Under the pieces are notes generated by a model. It did no database searches. It was not told the origin of the DNA and was given only the letters and a program-made list of their open reading frames with translations. From positions 300,365-364,364 of the forward strand of contig JAIOOW010000003.1 in NCBI GenBank assembly GCA_021414205.1: a stretch of 64,000 nucleotides of DNA, given 5' to 3'. This document shows, piece after piece, positions 56,863 to 64,000 of this stretch. The stretch comes from Candidatus Anderseniibacteriota bacterium. GTDB lineage: Bacteria > Patescibacteriota > Andersenbacteria > UBA10190. Made by a program: the position numbers and the translations under genes. Positions within the stretch are counted from its first letter, which is position 1. Every line of letters begins with the position of its first letter.

Positions 56863-57291
56863 TCACCTTTTTTTGACGGAAATTTGCAGCAGGCCGACGA
56901 TGAACACGGATTCGCTGGGAACCGCCACCACCTCGTAAGGCACAATTTGCTTATCATTGAGAATGGTTCCGTTGGTTGATCCGATATCTTGTATCGTTAG
57001 TGTCCCGTCTCTTCGCAATTCTAACGCGAAGTGAAATTTCGAAACTGATTTATCTGCCATGCCCTCATCTTCTCTCCCGAACATCCATGCGCCTGGATTG
57101 GATAGCGGAAGTTCCGTCACTAGCGATGACGGATGAAGTATTGATAGTGTGTATGTAGCGGGTTGGTACTTCTCAGAATCGGGGAATCGTTCCAGGAAAC
57201 TCGCCCTCCCTGCTTCGATATGTTCCCGCATACCTACTTTCTGAGGAAGGATAGTTGAGAGAATGGGAAGGGTTTTTTGGAGATCAAGCAT
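56863..57291 (-). CDS. FHA-domain protein
   Basis: FGR, SVSKFH, DIGSTNGT; TTGACA at 57369; terminator 56805-56831. Confidence 0.85.
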   Translation of the reverse strand: MLDLQKTLPILSTILPQKVGMREHIEAGRASFLERFPDSEKYQPATYTLSILHPSSLVTELPLSNPGAWMFGREDEGMADKSVSKFHFALELRRDGTLTIQDIGSTNGTILNDKQIVPYEVVAVPSESVFIVGLLQISVKKR

Positions 57292-57372
57292 AGCCAGATC
57301 CTTTCAAGGTTTGAACGTGCACGAAAAAACAGCGTGCTTCATATATAGCATATTTTATTTACTTGTCAAGTA

Positions 57373-58920
57373 TCAGCCTACCTTTGCTCCGAATACTTCC
57401 TGTACGTTTTTGAGAAGATCGTCTTCCTTGGTAATTTTTTGCTCGCGCATTGCAATACCGGAAACTGGCTGCGTTTGAAGTTGGCACGTGAACGTAACGG
57501 TCTGCCCGGTCACTTCTAAAATTGCTGATGTAACCATCTTCGCCATATCTGGTTTTTCAAAGAATGTTTTATGCAATGGAAATTGTACTGCAAGCGTTAG
57601 TACATTATTTTGGAGCATGGTTGGCGACACGGCGCGAAGGAATGTGGAGGCGACTGGGTTATTTGCGCGTACTTTTTGGATGACGTCGTCCCACGACGCT
57701 TTTATGTTTTGTAATGCGTCTGGATTGTCTGATGTGGCAACCGGCGCGGAAGGAGTTGGCGCTGCCTGCGGTGCTGGCGCCGGAGACGGTGCTGGAGGCG
57801 CATATGGAGCTGGTTGTTCGGCTACAACGGATTGCTGGGTTGCTACAGGGCGAATGGGTTGTGCGGGTGCTTGTTGTGCCGGTCGTACTGCGGGCGCTGG
57901 CGCGCTTGATGAGCATGCCGTTACGATTGCAATTTCAATTGCAATCATTGGATCTGGAACAATTGCCATATCTTGAGTGGCAACTAAAAATGATCGCATA
58001 ATGATCGTGAGGCGTTGTGCTGACTTCCCTGCTAGAACTTCCTTGATAACTTGTTCGCGTGCATTATAAATAGATTCCTGTAAAAACTGATCCGGATCGA
58101 ATCCGTCTTGATATGCTTTTGTTGCAATGCTGAGCGCCTCTTTTGCGTCGGATGCAATGAGCGCGGCAATAAATGATTGAACAACTTCCGGAGAAGGTAC
58201 CCCGAGCAGGCTGGACGCTTCTTGTGCAGTGAGTGCTTTATCTGTTTGCGAAAGTAATTGACCAAGTAATGATTCCGCATCTCGGTAGCACCCGTCGGAT
58301 CGAGCAATAATAAACGATAGTAAGTCGTCGTTTGCCTCGCGTTTTTCTTCTTTGAGCAAGTGCGTCAGTCTTGTACGCATTTCTGAATCTGATGCGCGCT
58401 TGAATCGAAATACCTGGCATCTACTTGCAATAGTTGCGGGGACTTTTTGCAATTCAGTTGTTGCTAATATAAAAATGACGTGCTTTGGAGGTTCCTCTAA
58501 TAACTTTAATAACGCTGCGAATGCTGGCGCAGATAACATGTGTACTTCGTCGATGATGTATATTTTGTATTCTCCGCCTGTAGGTGCAAGTGATGCCGTT
58601 TCCCGTAAAGCTCGAATATCATCGATACCCCTGTTAGAGGCGGCGTCGATTTCTAGAATATCCATGAACCTATTTTCCTGAAACGCGGTACATGATGGAC
58701 ACTTGCCGCACGGTTCCCCTGTTTTTGATGTTGTGCAGTTTAAGCGTTTGGCAAATACTCGGGCAGTTGTAGTCTTTCCCGTTCCTCTCGGGCCTTGGAA
58801 TAGGTATGCATGCGCAAGCTTCTTTGTAAGAATTTCTTGCATAAGCACGCCGGTAATATGTTCCTGGCCCGAAATTTCGGAAAATGTTGTTGGTCTGTAT
58901 TGTCGGTAAAGCGCTGGCAT
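57373..58920 (-). CDS. dnaX: DNA polymerase III subunit gamma/tau
   Basis: LYRQYRP, GPRGTGKT, EIDAASN, IIDEVHML, SRC. Confidence 0.96.
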   Translation of the reverse strand: MPALYRQYRPTTFSEISGQEHITGVLMQEILTKKLAHAYLFQGPRGTGKTTTARVFAKRLNCTTSKTGEPCGKCPSCTAFQENRFMDILEIDAASNRGIDDIRALRETASLAPTGGEYKIYIIDEVHMLSAPAFAALLKLLEEPPKHVIFILATTELQKVPATIASRCQVFRFKRASDSEMRTRLTHLLKEEKREANDDLLSFIIARSDGCYRDAESLLGQLLSQTDKALTAQEASSLLGVPSPEVVQSFIAALIASDAKEALSIATKAYQDGFDPDQFLQESIYNAREQVIKEVLAGKSAQRLTIIMRSFLVATQDMAIVPDPMIAIEIAIVTACSSSAPAPAVRPAQQAPAQPIRPVATQQSVVAEQPAPYAPPAPSPAPAPQAAPTPSAPVATSDNPDALQNIKASWDDVIQKVRANNPVASTFLRAVSPTMLQNNVLTLAVQFPLHKTFFEKPDMAKMVTSAILEVTGQTVTFTCQLQTQPVSGIAMREQKITKEDDLLKNVQEVFGAKVG

Positions 58921-58954
58921 GACTCACTATTCTACTGCAAGGCAGCGCTTTCTG

Positions 58955-59452
58955 CTAGCCCCTTTTTGGATGCTTGAAAATGAATAATTTGCTCCCAAAA
59001 AAGTTTACGAACAAGATGATTCCGATTGCAAGAACCTTTGCAACAAGATCCTTATTCGATCCAAACACTTGGTTGATAAACAGGACGTGGAATGCAAAGT
59101 ACGAAACTAAAATTTGGTTTAATATCCACGTGAAAAAGTTGAGCGTAAAATACCCTGCACCCTGCTTGGCTGCGCTTTCGGTAGTGTCCTTGAACGTCCA
59201 GTATCTGTTGATAATAAAATTACTGCAGATCGCTAAAAATACGCTTACGTTATTTGCAGCAATAATTTCATTTCCTAGAACTATGTACGTTGTATGCCAG
59301 CCGATAACGCGTGTTAAAAATCCGAATGTTGAAAAGTCGACAATGGCTCCAATTGCCCCGGTAATGCCAAACTTTACAAACTGCTTTGCAAGGGTGTGGT
59401 AGCGATCAGGTACGAATACAAGCACCCGCTGTTGGATAGATTCGAGTGTCAT
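58955..59452 (-). CDS. GtrA family protein
   Basis: QFVKFG..G, NFIINRYWTF, NF..SK..IF. Confidence 0.88.
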   Translation of the reverse strand: MTLESIQQRVLVFVPDRYHTLAKQFVKFGITGAIGAIVDFSTFGFLTRVIGWHTTYIVLGNEIIAANNVSVFLAICSNFIINRYWTFKDTTESAAKQGAGYFTLNFFTWILNQILVSYFAFHVLFINQVFGSNKDLVAKVLAIGIILFVNFFGSKLFIFKHPKRG

Positions 59453-59457
59453 GAGTG

Positions 59458-59994
59458 TTAGTGATGAATAACGTGATCAACTGCGCCCCACTCCGCATCA
59501 CCGTGCTCCGGCACTAATACGGTTACCTCATCGCCTTCCTGCGCTTTGTAGAAGGTAACGCTCGCGAGCAGAATTTTGTATGTTTTTTCTTCAGTTTTTA
59601 CGCCGAAATTGCCCTGATCATCAACGACCAATATTCCTACTACACGTTTGCGCTCTACTGGGTTGATTTGCTTGTACAATAAGGAACCGTCTGTTTCTAT
59701 AGTGAGCTTAAGTACATCACCTTCTACGATTTTTGATTTGGAAGCGTAGTTTGGTGGAATTGGATATTCCTCTCCGTCATTGCCTTGCATGTTCTGTCCA
59801 TCGAAAACTCCCTCAATAATTCGCTCTCCTTCCAGGACTTCTTCTAACGAGGAGGCTGGTTGTGCATCGGTCGTGTCTTCGAGTTGCGATAAGTTCGGCT
59901 CTTCTTCAAGTGCTTGGCGTACGTACTGGATATTTCGCTCAGCGTCATCAAGGCGTTGTTTGATGAGTGCGATAGTTCGTGGATCAATAGCCAT
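59458..59994 (-). CDS. Conserved hypothetical protein (CPR-type)
   Basis: IIEGVFDGQNM...YP.P.NYASKSK.VEGD.LKL. Confidence 0.75.
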   Translation of the reverse strand: MAIDPRTIALIKQRLDDAERNIQYVRQALEEEPNLSQLEDTTDAQPASSLEEVLEGERIIEGVFDGQNMQGNDGEEYPIPPNYASKSKIVEGDVLKLTIETDGSLLYKQINPVERKRVVGILVVDDQGNFGVKTEEKTYKILLASVTFYKAQEGDEVTVLVPEHGDAEWGAVDHVIHH

Positions 59995-60059
59995 AAAAGG
60001 TATGTTTGTGTTGGGTTATTCTTCTGCCTATATGATATACTGCTTGGAAATCTAATACA

Positions 60060-61553
60060 ATGTCCCGATTACAAGCAGGTCTATTACTATTTTTTATTAT
60101 TTTAGCAGGGACTGCCGTGCGGTCGTATAGCATTACGGCGAGAAGTTTGTGGTTCGACGAGGCGTTTTCGTGGAGATTGATTCATTTTCCGCTTACGGAA
60201 ATGATAACGCGCGATGCGCAGGATGTTCATCCGCCGTTATATTACATATTACTACAAGGTTGGAGCAAGGGATTCGGCACGTCGTTGTTGGCACTTCGTA
60301 TGTTCTCCGTATTTTGCTCAGCGATTGCGCTCTGGGCAGGATATATATTTTCTTCATATGCGTTCAAGTCTCGAAAAGTAGGATTCCTTGCTGTAACGCT
60401 GCTTGCTATTTCTGGCTGGGATATTTCATATGCATGGGAGGCGCGCATGTATCCGCTCGGAATGATTTTTGCATTTCTATCTTCGTATGCGTTACTGAAA
60501 GCCCTTCGGAATGTTTCTCTGAAATGGTCTGTTGCGTATGGCTTTGCGGCGGCGGCGCTTATATATACTCATTATTACGGATACTTTACGGTGGCCGCTC
60601 AGGCACTATTCGCAATTATCTTTCTTATTCGGGCAAAAAATATGCGCCTTGCGCTCTATGCCGGTATTGCGGGCGTGCTCGCCGTTCTCTTGTATCTGCC
60701 GTGGATCCCTGTGTTCTTGCACCAAAATCAGCAGGTTCGGACGGCGTATTGGGTGCCACCCATCGCAATCACTTCCGTGCCGGATACGTTTTATCAGTTT
60801 TTCGTTCCCACGAAAGAAATTCCCCCGCACCATTTCCCGATTGTTGTTCTTTCAACGTTGCCGATTATCGGCGTGATTTGCCTGTGGGTTTGGATGTTTT
60901 TCAAAAAACGCATGCGAAGAGATGCTTCTGTACTGACTGCTATGCTCGGTATTGTTCCATTTATTGCAGGTATTGCAGTTTCGTTTTTGGGGCGAAGTTT
61001 GTATAACGACAGATTCTTTGCGTTTGCTGGCATCTTTGTTTTTTGCGCCCTTGCGTATGCGCTGATGCAAATTCCAAACAAAATACTCAGGAGAATTCTA
61101 ATAGTAGTGGTAATTGTCGGTCTTGGTGCAAGCTATCTTAGGTATTGGAATGAACTAGACATTATGTATAAGCCTGGCGCGCACGGAGCGACGCAATACG
61201 TATTTGAGCAGCGATCAAACGATGATCCTGTACTAGTGAGTTCTCCGTATGTATATTTTGCGATTGAAAATTATGCAACGGATGAATTTTTAGCCCCGAA
61301 TGCCGTACATTTGTTTTCGCAAACAGGAGAATTGTCGCATTTCTCCGGAGGGCCAATAATGGTGCAAAGTGATATCGTGGGGCCGAGCGATGTAGTAAAA
61401 TACGCTCACACCGTATGGGTTATCGATACGACCGGCTACACTGAAACGCCGTTTCAAGTCCCGAGCAACTGGACCCAGGTAAGCAGTAAGACCTTTCCAG
61501 AAGTATTTGTATACCAAGGAGATATTACGGTCAGGCAGTTTGAAGTGAAATAA
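60060..61553 (+). CDS. GT-C family 39 (ArnT/PMT-like) glycosyltransferase
   Basis: SLWFDEAFS, DVHPPLYY, EARMY, about 12 TMs. Confidence 0.88.
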   Translation: MSRLQAGLLLFFIILAGTAVRSYSITARSLWFDEAFSWRLIHFPLTEMITRDAQDVHPPLYYILLQGWSKGFGTSLLALRMFSVFCSAIALWAGYIFSSYAFKSRKVGFLAVTLLAISGWDISYAWEARMYPLGMIFAFLSSYALLKALRNVSLKWSVAYGFAAAALIYTHYYGYFTVAAQALFAIIFLIRAKNMRLALYAGIAGVLAVLLYLPWIPVFLHQNQQVRTAYWVPPIAITSVPDTFYQFFVPTKEIPPHHFPIVVLSTLPIIGVICLWVWMFFKKRMRRDASVLTAMLGIVPFIAGIAVSFLGRSLYNDRFFAFAGIFVFCALAYALMQIPNKILRRILIVVVIVGLGASYLRYWNELDIMYKPGAHGATQYVFEQRSNDDPVLVSSPYVYFAIENYATDEFLAPNAVHLFSQTGELSHFSGGPIMVQSDIVGPSDVVKYAHTVWVIDTTGYTETPFQVPSNWTQVSSKTFPEVFVYQGDITVRQFEVK

Positions 61554-61845
61554 AAATACCCCCGCCAGCTGGAGTTTTGCGTAGGATGTTGGGAAAGCGT
61601 TGTGGATGCTTTCTCTCTTACATCTCTAGGCAAAACGTCGACAGCTGGTCGGGGGTTCGGAAACCGCCACGAACAAATCGGAAGAAGCGCTGCAACGACA
61701 CAGCGTAGTGGCTCGATTTGTTCGCGTGGACCAGGGTATAGAAGGCGCGTACGGCGAGTCGAAGTATGCTTTATAGCAATACAGCTTTGGTATGGTGACC
61801 TAGCGTCACAACGCCGTCCGCGCTTTTAAAAGATCAACTCGAAAC
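61551..61845 (-). ncRNA. Candidate structured ncRNA (three stem-loop domains; family unknown)
   Basis: Promoter TTGACT-N18-TATATT (61886-61857), boxA-like TGATCTTTTAAAA, three long helices, ends GGGGGTATTTTT. Confidence 0.5.
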
Positions 61846-62622
61846 TGACGATTTGTAATATACTCTATTAGGTATTCGTAAGTCAATATACTGCAATGTT
61901 TGCATCTCCTGGGCTGTTACGGTGTGCTCTAGGAGGCGTTTGAGGATATCGAGCTGATCGTCTGCTGACCTGGTCGTATCCATGAGGAGCGTCCAGTTTT
62001 TATCTAGGAGAAAATGAGCCTCTCGCGTTTCCAGCGAAGGGATTTGTATTTCAACGACTTGGGCGTTTGCTGCATCTGGTAGTTTTTTGAGAGTTTCGGC
62101 AATGAACGAAATAAATTGGTCATCTACTGCCCTAGTTCCAAGGGTTACCTTGGCATTTTGATCAGAGGTTTTTACTACTGGCAGCACAATTCCCGGTAAT
62201 GCATCTAATGACGCTTCTTCATATGCTATTCCTTGATTATCTAGAAAATAATACGTTCCCCCAGATAATAATAACAACACGGGCGTTTTTTCTTGAATCA
62301 CAACCTTTATAGTGCCGGGCAATTTGCGAATAATGTGAGCATCTTTTACTTGCGGAACTTTTTGCAGAATTTCTCGTTCAGTTGGTTTTGTTTGCGCAAA
62401 CAAAATATTCTGACCAATGCTCTTTTCTGCAATTGCGCGAACGGCGACTTCCGTATTCGGCTTTGCATCGACTATGGTAACAGTGGTGATGGAAAATGTT
62501 TTAGTGAAAAATAACAGCCAGATGAATAAGATGGCTGGGACAATAACAAGCAGCGCAAGAAATGCAACAGACGACCAATCCATCAATTTGCGGAGCAATA
62601 CGCGCCATCGAACGCTATTCAT
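61834..62622 (-). CDS. FtsQ/DivIB-like POTRA-domain cell division protein
   Basis: TM, POTRA (RKLPGTIKV.IQEK), C-terminal YIDLR. Confidence 0.85.
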   Translation of the reverse strand: MNSVRWRVLLRKLMDWSSVAFLALLVIVPAILFIWLLFFTKTFSITTVTIVDAKPNTEVAVRAIAEKSIGQNILFAQTKPTEREILQKVPQVKDAHIIRKLPGTIKVVIQEKTPVLLLLSGGTYYFLDNQGIAYEEASLDALPGIVLPVVKTSDQNAKVTLGTRAVDDQFISFIAETLKKLPDAANAQVVEIQIPSLETREAHFLLDKNWTLLMDTTRSADDQLDILKRLLEHTVTAQEMQTLQYIDLRIPNRVYYKSSVSS

Positions 62623-62626
62623 CTCT

Positions 62627-63892
62627 TTATTCTACCGCAGGTGCCAGCTTTTGAAACGGAAGGTATTGGTGAAGGCATGCGGGAAGCTGTACAGAACCGT
62701 CTGCTTGCTGATGGTTTTCAATAAGGGCAATAAGTAATCGGGAGAGTGCGACTGCAGTGCCGTTGAGCATGTGTACTTTTTGGGTGCCTTCTTCTGTTTT
62801 GTATCGAATATTTAATCTTCTTGACTGATAGTCAGTCGTGTTGCTCGTCGAGTGGGTTTCTCGATACTTTTGTTCGCTCGGAATCCATGTTTCAATGTCG
62901 TATGTTTTTGCAGATGGTCCGCCTAAATCGCCCGCTGCTAGCCTAATAACTCTATATGGAAGCTCGAGAGAGTCCATAATGGCGCGTTGTTGCGCTAGTA
63001 AGAATTGATGCTCTTCCTCAGATTTTTCCGGAGTGGTAATGCTGAACATCTCTACTTTATCGAATTGGTGGAGACGCAATATTCCTTTTACATCCTTGCC
63101 ATGGCTCCCTGCCTCTCTTCGGAAGCACGGGGTAAACGATGCGTAGCGAAGCGGCAATGTTTTGCCATCCAATATTTCGTTCATGTGCATGGCGCCAAGG
63201 GACTGTTCGCTGGTGCCGACTAAATATAAATCATCTTGTGTTTTGTATACCTCATCTCCTGCTTGGTCTAAGTAGCCCATGCCAGACATCGCTTGTTGAT
63301 TGAGTAGTATCGGAGGAATGACCTGAGTGAATCCTTGCTTGGAAAGCATGTCCATGACGTAACTGGCGATACCCAATTCTAAGCGCGCTAAATCGCCTGA
63401 TAGATAGGTAAATCGTGCTCCCGCAACTTTCGATCCTCGTTCCATATCAATTCTGCTACCCATTAAATGGGTGTAGCTTTTCGGTGTTGTAGATGCGCTT
63501 GGAACTTGAGCGTCACTAGTCGCAATCTCTATTGCATCGTTCTCTCCGCCGGCTTGAACATCTGAAAGTGGGATGTTGGGGATTTTAGACCATGCAATAT
63601 CGCGTTCATGGGATAGCGTTGCTAATGCCTTGGTAAGCGACTCTTGCTCAGCATCAACTTTCTTCATGTCGCTTAAAATCATCGACTTGTGCTCTGCTGA
63701 CGCTTTCATAATCTCTTTACTTGCCTCGTTTTTCTTTGCTCGTAATTGTTCAACATTGTCTGCCAGTTCGCGCCACTGCTCGTCGAGTTCTAATAGTGTA
63801 TGGATTACTTCAAGCGAAGTACCGCGCTTTTCAAGCGCTTGGATTGCTGTGTTGCGCGTCGTTTCATTTCGCAATAACCCTATATCGATCAT
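62627..63892 (-). CDS. serS: Serine--tRNA ligase
   Basis: N-terminal coiled coil, [26 protein letters not shown]. Confidence 0.96.
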   Translation of the reverse strand: MIDIGLLRNETTRNTAIQALEKRGTSLEVIHTLLELDEQWRELADNVEQLRAKKNEASKEIMKASAEHKSMILSDMKKVDAEQESLTKALATLSHERDIAWSKIPNIPLSDVQAGGENDAIEIATSDAQVPSASTTPKSYTHLMGSRIDMERGSKVAGARFTYLSGDLARLELGIASYVMDMLSKQGFTQVIPPILLNQQAMSGMGYLDQAGDEVYKTQDDLYLVGTSEQSLGAMHMNEILDGKTLPLRYASFTPCFRREAGSHGKDVKGILRLHQFDKVEMFSITTPEKSEEEHQFLLAQQRAIMDSLELPYRVIRLAAGDLGGPSAKTYDIETWIPSEQKYRETHSTSNTTDYQSRRLNIRYKTEEGTQKVHMLNGTAVALSRLLIALIENHQQADGSVQLPACLHQYLPFQKLAPAVE

Positions 63893-64000
63893 AGCGTTTC
63901 TTCTTCTTTTAATAACGGAAACAAGATAATGTCGCGTAAGTGTGTGGAGTTGGTGAGGAGCATTACTAAGCGGTCAATCCCAAGGCCAAAGCCCGCTGCA
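63889..64000 (-). CDS. lysS: Class II lysine--tRNA ligase, C-terminal end (partial)
   Basis: [31 protein letters not shown] motif 3; ATGA overlap with serS. Confidence 0.8.
   Translation of the reverse strand, partial: AAGFGLGIDRLVMLLTNSTHLRDIILFPLLKEEETL

Noticed and set aside
60149..61006. 285-aa alternative-frame ORF
   Set aside because: Nested in the GT39 gene; Cys/Arg-rich off-frame composition
61602..61829. 75-aa plus-strand ORF in the structured region
   Set aside because: No promoter or SD and implausible composition; the region is better explained by RNA structure

Overview
This looks like a gene-dense chromosomal segment of a CPR/Patescibacteria-type bacterium. That is inferred from gene content and compact organisation; it uses the standard code with TGA as stop. 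Housekeeping genes include aspS, rplI, pyrG, rpmA, gltX, nrdAB (class Ic signature), priA-like, murB, split transketolase/rpe/rpiB, ftsEX, frameshifted prfB, ftsB-like, trxB, tsaC, ndh, xseAB, dnaX, ftsQ-like, serS and the lysS 3' end. There are four tRNAs (Gln-CTG, Thr-CGT, Gly-CCC, Gln-TTG). I saw no CRISPR array, transposase, integrase or prophage. Most housekeeping genes converge on a G-rich to C-rich intergenic switch at about 10.8-11.3 kb, a probable replication terminus. The most striking feature is a two-tier expression grammar. Housekeeping genes mostly carry only a TAnnnT -10 box 6-9 nt before the start codon, so they are probably leaderless. About 15 scattered orphan or accessory genes and two or three highly structured non-coding RNAs instead sit in self-contained modules: TTGAC(A/T)-N16-18-TAnnnT promoter, often a small hairpin, a boxA-like motif (e.g. 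TGCTCTTTACAA), a Shine-Dalgarno, the cargo and an intrinsic terminator. All calls were made by eye; no searches or folding programs were run.
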